A DNA stretch of 64,000 nt from Bacteroidia bacterium (GCA_037968475.1 JBBKVO010000024.1:68067-132066), one strand, 5' to 3'; positions 10,459 through 18,844 are shown, counted from the first letter of the stretch. Numbers and translations: made by a program. The notes: generated by a model not told the origin, from the sequence alone.

Positions 10459-10827
10459 ATGGAAGATAATTTTAAAGACTTTTTTGGTGAGACCAAAACA
10501 CTGCTAAAAAGTTACACCGATAAGCGGTTAGAATTGGTGAAACTACAAGCCACCCTAAAAACCTCACAGGCATTGGGGCTGTTTTTCTCGTTGTTTATAG
10601 TGTTTTTTATATTGCTGTTTGTTATTGTGTTTGCGGGTATGTGGTTTTCGTTTTGGTTGGCTGAGAAAACGGATAGCTATTCCACAGGATTTGGCATTAG
10701 TACAGGTATTTTGGTATTACTTTTTGTGCTTGCTCTATTGCTTCGCAAAAAACTGATACAAACACCCGTAGCCAATTTGGTAGCCAGTGAAATAGCCAAC
10801 GACGATGAAGAGGAGTTTGAGGACTAA
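10459..10827 (+). CDS. Small two-TM membrane protein, holin-X-like (phage holin family / DUF-type)
   Basis: 122 aa: amphipathic N-terminus, two hydrophobic helices and an acidic C-tail (DDEEEFED). A putative TAATTTTG -7 box lies at 10402-10409. Confidence 0.35.
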   Translation: MEDNFKDFFGETKTLLKSYTDKRLELVKLQATLKTSQALGLFFSLFIVFFILLFVIVFAGMWFSFWLAEKTDSYSTGFGISTGILVLLFVLALLLRKKLIQTPVANLVASEIANDDEEEFED

Positions 10828-10839
10828 ACAACAGAAATT

Positions 10840-11229
10840 ATGGCAACTAGAATAAAAAATATACGCCAATTGCAACAGCGCATTAGCAAAGCAAAAACAG
10901 AATGCCGCGATATGGAAAACGATCTGGATAAACGGTTGGAGTATTTGCAGGAGAACTATATGGGTATGGCAGCCAATAGTGCTATATATGGCTTAATGAA
11001 ATCGCCCAAAAACTTTACCGTACTAAAAGATATTTTTACAGGGATATGGAATGCCGATAGTATAAAAGATTTTTTTAAGAAAACAGCCTTACGCTTTTTG
11101 CACGCCATAGCGGTGAAGTTGGGTTTTAAAATTGTGCGCGATTTTGCTGAAAGTAAAATGCACGGCAACGAAGAGGAGGAAGCAACTGCCACAGAAGAAC
11201 CAAGAGAGAACCCAAACAAAGAAGAATAG
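10840..11229 (+). CDS. Hypothetical coiled-coil protein, possibly co-operonic with the holin-like gene
   Basis: 129-aa ORF starting 12 nt after the upstream gene. Acidic C-terminus. No recognisable family. Confidence 0.35.
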   Translation: MATRIKNIRQLQQRISKAKTECRDMENDLDKRLEYLQENYMGMAANSAIYGLMKSPKNFTVLKDIFTGIWNADSIKDFFKKTALRFLHAIAVKLGFKIVRDFAESKMHGNEEEEATATEEPRENPNKEE

Positions 11230-11236
11230 AACATAT

Positions 11237-11581
11237 ATGAACCCAGTAGACGAGTTTAACAGCTACCGCGAACGCATGAACGAAAAGATTTTGGATGCGG
11301 ATAATTTGGTGCTAAAACGGCTTTTTAATCTTGATACACAAACCTATAAAGAAGGGGCTTTGCCTACTGCCACCAAAGAAATGTTGGGCTTGGTAGCCAG
11401 TATGGTATTGCGCTGCGATGATTGTGTAAAATACCACTTGGGCAAATGCTACGATGAGGGAATAAGCACCGCGCAGATGTATGAGATATTTGCTGTAGCC
11501 AACATAGTGGGCGGTACCATCGTTATACCCCACACCCGCCGTGCAGCCGAGTATTGGGAGGAGTTGCAAAAAACCAACTAA
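11237..11581 (+). CDS. Carboxymuconolactone decarboxylase (AhpD-like) family protein
   Basis: 114 aa from ATG 11237: MNPVDEFNSYRERMNEK ... MVLRCDDCVKYHLGKC (CxxC/H AhpD-like core). The longer track ORF from 11132 overlaps the upstream gene and is taken as a spurious extension. Confidence 0.65.
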   Translation: MNPVDEFNSYRERMNEKILDADNLVLKRLFNLDTQTYKEGALPTATKEMLGLVASMVLRCDDCVKYHLGKCYDEGISTAQMYEIFAVANIVGGTIVIPHTRRAAEYWEELQKTN

Positions 11582-11796
11582 ATAAAGCAAGTTTAAGGTA
11601 GTCGTTAAGAACTACTTTTCAAACATAGGATGACACCTGCCGCACCCAATTCCCCGTCACCCTGAATTTATTTCAGGGTCTCGTTGCCCAATAACCATTA
11701 ATACAGAGCGAGATGCTGAAATAAATTCAGCATGACTGTCCAACGGCAATTGATTTTTGCAAAGACCTTCGGGCAAGGTTTCCCTCCTTGCAGGGT

Positions 11797-11820
11797 TGTC
11801 TTGCTGAGCGGAGTCGAAGC
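11797..11820 (+). repeat. Copy of the genome-wide hairpin repeat core (TGTCttgCTGAGCGGAGTCGAAGc), embedded in a GC-rich, hairpin-dense block spanning 11620-11990
   Basis: Matches the cores at 27409, 27683, 27796, 32506, 32906 and 32945. The upstream flank ttccctccttgc is shared with the copy at 27785. Confidence 0.55.
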
Positions 11821-12028
11821 ACGCGGGAAGGCAAAAGATAGAGAAGGAGTGGTTTAAGTCGGTAAGGACTTTTCAGCCTCCACCCGCACAGATTCCCTTT
11901 TACAGGGGAATGACGGGTAGCCGCGCCGTGCCAGTACAGTTCCCCGAAGCGTCCCTCGCTTCGGGACACTAGCTTTTAGTATTTCGTTATGTCAAGCTTT
12001 CGCGTGGATACGAGTTTGCTGGTGTATT

Positions 12029-12128
12029 GATTTTAGGATTTTTTATATCGAACACACATTAGGGTCAGATGTTTTCATCTATCCTCAACTCAACGTATAA
12101 AACTCTACTTTTTCAGTATTGTGCGAGC
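12029..12128 (-). repeat. Copy A of the 3' end plus downstream flank of the AlbA_2-like gene (about 93% identical to 13035-13130)
   Basis: Direct alignment of ttttatatcgaacacacattagggtcagatgttttcatctatcctcaactcaacgtataaaactctactttttcagtattgtgcgagc with the true gene end. Confidence 0.6.
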
Positions 12129-12199
12129 TAGAGCATTTTTTGAAATAATAGCCACTTTGGATAACAATGTAATAAGAAAACTTAAAGTCAGGTCAAGTG

Positions 12200-12370
12200 C
12201 CACTATTTAAATAGAAAAAACCGCCATTAAAAAACAAAAAATAGTGCGTTTCACCATTTAAATAGGAAAGATATCCACTCGAATATTTTTAAAATAAGAT
12301 ATCCTCCGTTAATATAAAGCGCTACCTCTGACTAAATAATTACAAACCGCCATTTAAATAAAGAAACTGC
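12200..12370. repeat. Cluster of 3-4 direct repeats of a CC(G/A)CCATTTAAATA(G/A)AAA-like motif (12200-12225, 12217-12234, 12252-12270, 12347-12370). Possible iterons or a protein-binding array.
   Basis: Seen in the sequence. The ATTTAAAT core is itself palindromic. Confidence 0.3.
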
Positions 12371-12422
12371 TATTTGTATAAAATCGGTCGAAAGAGTTAA
12401 ATTAATTTGGGTACATTTGATC

Positions 12423-12457
12423 TAAATAAAAAAACCCCAATAATTGGTGCTATTGGG
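12423..12457 (-). terminator. Rho-independent terminator for minus-strand transcription: stem ccccaata/tattgggg with an 8-nt loop, followed on the minus strand by a T8+ run
   Basis: The perfect 8-bp stem and the A-run on the plus strand (12423-12433) are seen in the sequence. Confidence 0.45.
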
Positions 12458-12465
12458 GAATGATA

Positions 12466-12554
12466 TTGGCTAGTAGCTTAATCAGGATAAAGCGTCCCGC
12501 CATTGAGGAGTGGTAACCGTTTGGGAGGATAATAGTTCGAATCTATTCTAGCTG
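12466..12554 (+). ncRNA. tRNA-like element, either a degenerate class-II tRNA or a small tRNA-like RNA. It has a 7-bp acceptor stem (two G-U pairs), a D-arm (gctt/aagc with a GG-containing loop), a T-arm (aatag-TTCGAAT-ctatt), a 17-nt variable region and a non-canonical anticodon arm. A UGA anticodon appears only if a 4/5-bp stem with a mismatch is accepted.
   Basis: Hand-folded from the sequence. It is flanked by convergent terminators on the left (12423-12457, minus strand) and the right (12568-12590, plus strand). No CCA is encoded. Confidence 0.3.
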
Positions 12555-12567
12555 ACTATTTTAGTTT

Positions 12568-12590
12568 TAAAAGCCCTTAGGGGCTTTTTT
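12568..12590 (+). terminator. Rho-independent terminator (aaaagccc-ttag-gggctttt followed by TT) just downstream of the tRNA-like element
   Basis: 8-bp stem plus a T tract. Confidence 0.5.
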
Positions 12591-12663
12591 CATTATACAA
12601 ATATAAGAAGTTTCAATATCCCGACTACTTTTTTGCTCCCCAAGCCCATTTTTTGTTCTTTTC

Positions 12664-12697
12664 GCATTGGAAAAAAAAAATTTTTTTTTTCCAATGC
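12664..12697. repeat. Perfect 34-bp palindrome: gcattgg-A10-T10-ccaatgc
   Basis: Seen directly in the sequence. The homopolymeric A10/T10 core would be slippage-prone. It is a possible bidirectional terminator or recombination site. Confidence 0.6.
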
Positions 12698-12768
12698 ACT
12701 GAAATACAGGGCAATAAATTCTTATTTAGACAGATTACAAATTATATTTTTAATGTATGGATTTCTGG

Positions 12769-12960
12769 TCAGCTTAGAGTATAAAACTCTACTTTTTCAG
12801 TATTGTGCGAGCGGATAATACCCGCCGAAATAAGGTTGACCAATATTTTACTGGCACGCCAGCGCGAAATATTTATCATTTTGCATCCGCTCGTTTGTGG
12901 TTTAAGCTTATCAGCTTCATTGGCCTGAAGACCAATGCTATTCATACCTAACGGCACTCC
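12769..12960 (-). pseudogene. Copy B, a fragment (last ~60 codons plus stop) of the AlbA_2-like gene. It is about 92% identical to 13087-13275 with an ~18-bp internal deletion.
   Basis: The 62-aa ORF translation ends ...CKMINISRWRASKILVNLISAGIIRSHNTEKVEFYTLS, which is identical to the C-terminus of the 207-aa protein at 13087-13710. Confidence 0.65.
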
Positions 12961-13086
12961 CGATAGGGTCTAAATAGCGGTAGGTTTTAACCTGCTGCGG
13001 TAGTAAGGGCATAACTATACTCTCGCACAGATTTTATAATTTTCTTTTATCGAACGCACATTAGGGTCAGATGTTTTTATCTATCC

Positions 13087-13710
13087 TCAACTCAGCGTAT
13101 AAAACTCTACTTTTTCTGTATTGTGCGAGCGGATAATACCTGCCGAAATAAGATTAACCAATATTTTACTGGCACGCCAGCGCGAAATATTTATCATTTT
13201 GCAATATTGTTTCAAAGTGATGCGCTCGTTTTTGGCTAGGTAATCCAGCAAGGCTTGCTCTTTACTGGTTATTTGTATCAAATTATCTTTTTGGGCAGTC
13301 TCTTTTTTCAGCACATCTACCACCACCTTGCTGGCCAGCAGGCTCTTATCTTTCACACGTATATACACCCACCATTTGCCATCCTCGCCTTTGGCGGCAT
13401 AGGGTTTGTCTTTTCCTTCGGGAATAATGGCCTCCAATATAATTTTCCCCTCCAACTCATGCTCAAGTATTAGCAACTCAATAGTGGGTTTGCAGTAAAA
13501 ATCAGCAGCAAGACCAAGCATATATTTTTCGTCCTCGGTGCGTATACCCGCAATACTTTTATTATCGCGTACGCCAACCAAAAGTCGTCCGCCTTTTCGG
13601 TTAGCAAATGATACCATTGTTTTGGCAATTTTTGCGGCGCTGCTTATCTCCTGCTTAAAATCCAGCTCTTCGTTTTCGCCCTTTTGTATCAAATACCGCA
13701 AATCCTTCAT
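13087..13710 (-). CDS. AlbA_2/Schlafen-like divergent-AAA (putative DNA-binding) domain protein with a C-terminal winged-helix. Often annotated as an ATP-binding protein or transcriptional regulator.
   Basis: 207 aa. N-terminal ELDFKQEISSAAKIAKTMVSFANRKGGRLLVGVRD matches the AlbA_2 signature. C-terminal HTH-like segment. Confidence 0.5.
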   Translation of the reverse strand: MKDLRYLIQKGENEELDFKQEISSAAKIAKTMVSFANRKGGRLLVGVRDNKSIAGIRTEDEKYMLGLAADFYCKPTIELLILEHELEGKIILEAIIPEGKDKPYAAKGEDGKWWVYIRVKDKSLLASKVVVDVLKKETAQKDNLIQITSKEQALLDYLAKNERITLKQYCKMINISRWRASKILVNLISAGIIRSHNTEKVEFYTLS

Positions 13711-13832
13711 GGTAATTTCAATAATAACAAATCAAAATCAGTATTACTTGGTTATTGTATTGTGTTGGTACAATTAAAACAGCTTTGTTACCTTCGCGGC
13801 AAATTAAAAATAATACATAGAAAAATATACAC

Positions 13833-15296
13833 ATGGCTAAATACAAAATCTCTGTTGCAAAGGGCGATGGCATCGGTCCCGAAATTATGGATGCTGTTCT
13901 TTCAATCTTCTCTGCTGTAAATGTTGATATTGAGTATGAGTTTGTAGAAATGGGCAAAGACATTTTTTTGGCAGGCCATAGCGCAGGGATGACTCCTGAG
14001 GCTCAAAAAAGCATCGAAAGCAACGGTATATTGTTTAAAGGCCCTATGGAAACCCCAAAAGGCAGAGGCATGAAAAGTATAAACGTAACAGCACGTAAGG
14101 TGTGGAGTACGTTTGCTAACGAGCGCCGTTTCCGCACCCTAAACGGGGTAGATACCGTATACTCAAAAGCAGGTATACCTATTGATATTACCATCGTTCG
14201 TGAAAATATAGAAGATACTTATGGTGGAATTGAACACCTAAACACGCAAGATGTGGCACTTTGTCGCCGTTTTATTACCCGCCAAGGCAGCGAGCAAGTA
14301 CACCGTTATGCGTTTGAACTAGCCCGCCGCAGTGGCAGAAAAAGCGTGATATGCGGCCACAAAGCCAATATTATGAAACTTACTGACGGTATGTTTTTAG
14401 AGGCTTTTTACAGCGTTGCTAAAGACTATCCTGAAATTGAAGCCGGCGACCGTATTATTGACGATTTGTGTATGAAGTTGGTGGTGCGCCCCAACGAATT
14501 TGAAATAATTGTACTGCCCAACCTTCAAGGCGATATAGTGTCAGATCTTTGTGCTGGTTTGGTAGGTGGTTTGGGTTTTGCCCCATCATCAAACATAGGC
14601 GAGCGTATTTGCATATTTGAAGCTGTACACGGTACCGCCCCCGATATAGCAGGTAAAAATATTGCCAACCCAACATCGCTATTGCTTAGTAGCTTAATGA
14701 TGTTGCGCCACTTAGGCTTTTTTAAACAAGCTGATGCGTTAGAAAACAGCTTGCTGTATACCCTTGAAAGCGGTGTGCATACAGGTGATTTTGGCGATAG
14801 GGTGATACCTGCCAAAAACACTACCGAGTTTGCACAAGCCATTATTGATAATTTGGGCAAGAAACCCGAAAAATCGAAACCTGCAAATACTCCTGACAGG
14901 GAATATACATGGACTAAACCTGCTTTTCCTGATAAGCAACCTATGATGGTGAGCCCAAAAAGGTCGGAAGAAACCCTTGTTGGTGCCGACTTTTTTATTG
15001 AAAGCGACCAATTGGCGGCTGATATTGCCCCTGCGATACAAAGCCTTTTGCCCAGCAACCTTGAGTTGGTGGTAATAAGCAACCGTGGCACGCAAGTATG
15101 GCCAACAGGCTCAATACTTACTGAGTGTGTTGGGCATTATAGCCTACGTGTATCAACAAAAGATGGTGCAGCTACTGATTTAAAAGCCATTTTTGAATTA
15201 TCGGCCAAGTTGGGCGAGAAATACTACATCTCGTCGGTAGAAATGCTACGCAACTATGGCGAACTAAAAGGATATAGCTTGGCACAAGGCCAATAA
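13833..15296 (+). CDS. icd: Isocitrate dehydrogenase, isocitrate/isopropylmalate dehydrogenase family, with an ~140-aa C-terminal extension
   Basis: 487 aa. N-terminal KGDGIGPEI motif, catalytic IVRENIEDTYGG segment and the NLQGDIVSDL motif. The C-terminal region from residue ~345 has no counterpart in ~340-aa family members. Confidence 0.7.
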   Translation: MAKYKISVAKGDGIGPEIMDAVLSIFSAVNVDIEYEFVEMGKDIFLAGHSAGMTPEAQKSIESNGILFKGPMETPKGRGMKSINVTARKVWSTFANERRFRTLNGVDTVYSKAGIPIDITIVRENIEDTYGGIEHLNTQDVALCRRFITRQGSEQVHRYAFELARRSGRKSVICGHKANIMKLTDGMFLEAFYSVAKDYPEIEAGDRIIDDLCMKLVVRPNEFEIIVLPNLQGDIVSDLCAGLVGGLGFAPSSNIGERICIFEAVHGTAPDIAGKNIANPTSLLLSSLMMLRHLGFFKQADALENSLLYTLESGVHTGDFGDRVIPAKNTTEFAQAIIDNLGKKPEKSKPANTPDREYTWTKPAFPDKQPMMVSPKRSEETLVGADFFIESDQLAADIAPAIQSLLPSNLELVVISNRGTQVWPTGSILTECVGHYSLRVSTKDGAATDLKAIFELSAKLGEKYYISSVEMLRNYGELKGYSLAQGQ

Positions 15297-15397
15297 TTCT
15301 CTATCAAGAAGAAATATAATTTTGTTTGAAGCGGGCGCCGTAGGCGCGCGCGTCTTTTGTTTATGCTATTTTAAAACACCCTGTTAGTTTAAAAATA

Positions 15398-16696
15398 CTA
15401 CCTAGCCGTAATAGGGGAGAATAGTGTGCCTAGCGAATTAAATTTTATAGCCTTTGATAGCGTAACAACATATAGCGGCCTAGGGTTAATTAAGTAATTT
15501 ATTATTTCGGCTTGCAACGTAACACCTGAAACAGCTTCGGTTAGCCAAGCACGGCCGGTAAAGAATATATCCCCTTTGGGTCTAAAGGTAGTTTCGCTGG
15601 TTTGAGAAGCTATTCTGCCATAAGGAGTATAAGTTGATGAGTAGCCAACAGAGGCATTTACACGCACACTTATATTTTTATTTTCATGTTTAATAAATAC
15701 CCCTAGAAAGCCAACTTTAAAGCTAAACTCATTCAACTTTGAAATAAAACTATTGGGGGCGAAAATAGGATAGCCAGGAGACCTATCTGTAACATTTACT
15801 GTATCAAGCGGCATTGCATCTTTAAAAGTGGTCGAAATTTGTGTACGTCGCCAAACAAACTCTAATGATGGGCTGTAGTATAGCTGTATATTATTGGTTT
15901 CTTTACTCATCCAACCCATTTTTACCAACCCACTAATAAAAGCCCCAATATTGTCTGATGTGGTTGTTTTTACCGATTTAGCTTGATCCCGATAAATAGA
16001 AACAGTACTATCGTTTACTCTTTTACTGCCTGTAGACCGAAGAGCGATGGAAGCAGAATCGATACTGCTAAACGCCCTATTACCATAAAGACTTAAATAC
16101 ATACCCCACCCCCCTTTCTTTTTTGGGGGTAGTAAAAATATATTAGTGGCAAAAAACAAATTATTGGCCTGCACGCCATCCACCAAATCAAAGTTTGTTC
16201 CTACATAAGAAAGATACTGATAGTCTTTTAAAGTATCATTATTTGTAGCCTCGCTAGTAGCAGGGTCTTCATCCACAATTATCTGCATTTCCATACCCTC
16301 TTTGCTATATTCGCTCGCCACAACTTTGCCCACACTGTCTCTTACCTTTAAGACGAGAACCAGTTTTTTCGATCTATCAGGTAAAGAATCAGGTTTTAAA
16401 TTTACATAAAAGGGATAAGTTTTGGCGTCAACCAGTTCTTTTAAGGTAATTTGGTCAAAATCAATACTGTACTCTGTTGCCGCTAGGCTCGATTTTGAAT
16501 AATCCACCTCAATATCAACAGTAAATTTTTTTGTCTCATCAGTAACGCCCTTGATGTAGTATTTAAAAATTTTCTCCTTTTTTGTATTTTTTTGTATACT
16601 ATCAGCAGTTTTTACAAAATCAACCTTGTAAACTGTTTGGCCAATAGTGTCAGCAACCAACACCAAAAGCATAATAGATAAAACTAAGTTCTTCAT
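15398..16696 (-). CDS. Hypothetical secreted/outer-membrane protein with a signal peptide
   Basis: 432 aa with an N-terminal signal peptide. Beta-rich composition and aromatic C-terminal residues, but no clear family. Confidence 0.4.
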   Translation of the reverse strand: MKNLVLSIMLLVLVADTIGQTVYKVDFVKTADSIQKNTKKEKIFKYYIKGVTDETKKFTVDIEVDYSKSSLAATEYSIDFDQITLKELVDAKTYPFYVNLKPDSLPDRSKKLVLVLKVRDSVGKVVASEYSKEGMEMQIIVDEDPATSEATNNDTLKDYQYLSYVGTNFDLVDGVQANNLFFATNIFLLPPKKKGGWGMYLSLYGNRAFSSIDSASIALRSTGSKRVNDSTVSIYRDQAKSVKTTTSDNIGAFISGLVKMGWMSKETNNIQLYYSPSLEFVWRRTQISTTFKDAMPLDTVNVTDRSPGYPIFAPNSFISKLNEFSFKVGFLGVFIKHENKNISVRVNASVGYSSTYTPYGRIASQTSETTFRPKGDIFFTGRAWLTEAVSGVTLQAEIINYLINPRPLYVVTLSKAIKFNSLGTLFSPITAR

Positions 16697-16828
16697 GATT
16701 TTTTTTGAATTATTTGATAGGTAAATTCAAAAATAAAAGAAGCTGCAAAATATATTCTACGTATAAATACCCATTTATATTTAGAAAGAATACAAAATGT
16801 TAAAAGGGATTTTTTTAGCCCGTATACT

Positions 16829-17734
16829 CTACCTAAACTTAAACAAGCGTTTGTGCTGTTTCCAATTCGCGCCCACACCAAAGCCTAGCGTAGTAAAAAA
16901 CGAAAATAGGGCGTATATGGCTGCAGGAATTGCAAAAGCGGGGTTGTTTAGCATTAGCGGGCCAGTGGCTACCGCTATGGCCAAGGCTGTATTTTGCAGA
17001 CCTACCTCAATGGCTATGGTGGTTTGGCTTTTTATGCCCAACCTAAAATATTTGGCCGTATAAAAACTCATAAACATACTGCCAAAGTTTAGCAATAGTA
17101 AAAGAGGCAATACCATCCAATAATCGCCAATGGGTATATCAAGTTGCTCGTTATTTTCAACAAAAATGGCGCCTATCATAGCTATAGCCAGTAGGGTAGT
17201 CATAATATACTTTAAGGGGTTGCGCACCTTTTCGGCAAACAAAGGGGCATTTGATCGGATAAGCACACCTATAACAGCAGGTATAACAGTAATAAAAAGT
17301 ATTTGCAGCAGGGTTTCTAAAAACGGCAACTCAATGTCCGTTCCGCTATGCATAAAAAAGTACAAGGCAATGTTTACATAAAACGGAATGGTAAACTGCG
17401 TAAGAAAACTATTTGCGGTGGTGATAGATACCGAAAGTGCTAAATTTCCGTTAAGTAAGTAATTCACTAAATTTGATGTAGCACCACCGGGACAAGCGGC
17501 TAAAAGTATAATGCCTATTTTTAATTCGGGACTAAGGCCGGGGATTAAAAGGGTAATTAAAAAAGCCAATAACGGCAACGCCACCATTTGCAATACTAAG
17601 CCTACCAGCAATCCTCGTGGACGTTTTACTACGTTCACAAAATCGTTGCGGGTAAGCGACAGCCCTAAGCCCACCATTATAAAAGCTAAAGTGGCGGGTA
17701 GTAAATAGGCCGAAAAAAAATTCGTATCAAACAC
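16829..17734 (-). CDS. Bile acid:sodium symporter (BASS/SBF) family transporter
   Basis: 301 aa. LLAACPGGATSNLVNYLLNGNLALSV is the BASS signature region. Confidence 0.75.
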   Translation of the reverse strand: MFDTNFFSAYLLPATLAFIMVGLGLSLTRNDFVNVVKRPRGLLVGLVLQMVALPLLAFLITLLIPGLSPELKIGIILLAACPGGATSNLVNYLLNGNLALSVSITTANSFLTQFTIPFYVNIALYFFMHSGTDIELPFLETLLQILFITVIPAVIGVLIRSNAPLFAEKVRNPLKYIMTTLLAIAMIGAIFVENNEQLDIPIGDYWMVLPLLLLLNFGSMFMSFYTAKYFRLGIKSQTTIAIEVGLQNTALAIAVATGPLMLNNPAFAIPAAIYALFSFFTTLGFGVGANWKQHKRLFKFR

Positions 17735-17843
17735 GGCACTGTATTATGGTTAGCAAGTATACATTTATTAATGGCAATGTTTGCCAACATTGCTCACAAT
17801 TTAGCGAAAGCGGACTTATTTTTGTATAGATTAGAAGTATAGT

Positions 17844-18821
17844 ATGAGAAAAACGATTTTTATAAGCATGGGAGCACTATTGGCTACAACTTTTGTAGCA
17901 CTGCTTGCTTTTGACCAACCCGACCGTAAACAGGCTAAGCTGAATAAGCCCGATAGTATACACGCCCCAAAATTGCCTCAAAAACTTGCTTTTGCTAAAG
18001 AAGAAGTACCGATGGGTGATTTTGATGTACGCGAACGTTTTGATCGCGAATTGATGATAAACACCTTTTGGCATTCGCAAACGCTATACACCATAAAAAA
18101 AACACAGCGTTTTGTGCCGACAATAGAGCGCATATTAAAGAAAAATGGTGTGCCTGATGATTTTAAATATTTAGCCATTGCCGAAAGTGGATTGGCCAAT
18201 TTGGTTTCTCCTGCAAAAGCAGCAGGGTTTTGGCAGTTTTTAGAAAGTACGGGCAAACGCTACGGGCTTGAGATTAACGATGAGGTAGATGAACGCTACC
18301 ACATGGAAAAAGCTACCGAAGCGGCAGCAAAATACCTTAAAGACAGCAAAGAAAAACTGGGTAGTTGGACATTGGCAGCAGCAGCTTACAATATGGGCGA
18401 AAATGGCGTTGCAGGTGCAATAGAAAAGCAAGGAGTGAGCAACTATTACGATTTGTTACTTAACGCTGAAACATCGCGCTATATGTTTAGAATTTTGGCT
18501 ATAAAAGAAATATACAGCAATCCTTCACAATACGGTTTTATGTTGGATAGTGCCGATTACTATCCTAGCATAGCTACATATAATGTTGAGGTGGATTCAG
18601 CCATTGACAACCTAGCCCAATACGCTCTTGACAATGGAACTAACTATAAGGTGCTAAAACTATTAAACCCTTGGTTGCGTAAGCCTTACCTTAAAAATAA
18701 GGCTAAAAAAACGTATACTATTACTTTACCTACCGATAAAAACATCACCCTACCTGCTGATAGTGATATGAAACCCATAATGCCCAAAGCAGGCGATGGT
18801 GGCGAAGAAAGTATAGAGTAG
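17844..18821 (+). CDS. Lytic transglycosylase (SLT domain, MltD-like) with a signal peptide
   Basis: 325 aa. LAIAESGLANLVSPAKAAGFWQF and AAAYNMGENGV are SLT catalytic-domain motifs. Confidence 0.7.
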   Translation: MRKTIFISMGALLATTFVALLAFDQPDRKQAKLNKPDSIHAPKLPQKLAFAKEEVPMGDFDVRERFDRELMINTFWHSQTLYTIKKTQRFVPTIERILKKNGVPDDFKYLAIAESGLANLVSPAKAAGFWQFLESTGKRYGLEINDEVDERYHMEKATEAAAKYLKDSKEKLGSWTLAAAAYNMGENGVAGAIEKQGVSNYYDLLLNAETSRYMFRILAIKEIYSNPSQYGFMLDSADYYPSIATYNVEVDSAIDNLAQYALDNGTNYKVLKLLNPWLRKPYLKNKAKKTYTITLPTDKNITLPADSDMKPIMPKAGDGGEESIE

Positions 18822-18844
18822 GTACTGCAACTATATAAAATTTA

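Noticed and set aside
11132-11236. 5' extension of the AhpD-like ORF that overlaps the upstream gene
   Set aside because: The extension overlaps 10840-11229 in another frame. A clean ATG at 11237 gives a family-typical N-terminus.
11727-11969. 80-aa minus-strand ORF (MSRSEGRFGELYWHG...)
   Set aside because: It is the translation of the GC-rich hairpin/repeat block. Its Arg/Gly/Cys-rich composition is atypical, and it overlaps a copy of the genome-wide repeat core.
11620-11990. RNase P RNA, tmRNA or SRP RNA in the GC-rich block
   Set aside because: Signature motifs (GGAAAGUCCGG, tmRNA 5'/3' tRNA-like ends, SRP GGAAGCAGCC) were not found on either strand.
12200-12370. CRISPR array
   Set aside because: The repeats are short, imperfect, irregularly spaced and few. 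There are no cas genes in the window.
12466-12554. Calling the tRNA-like element a bona fide tRNA-Ser(UGA)
   Set aside because: The anticodon stem needs a mismatch and leaves three unpaired nucleotides after the D-arm. The acceptor stem relies on two G-U pairs and begins with U. It is reported only as tRNA-like.
12633-12818. 61-aa plus-strand ORF spanning the A10/T10 palindrome and gene-fragment copy B
   Set aside because: It reads through a homopolymer palindrome (KKKFFF) and into a pseudogene fragment. No support as a gene.
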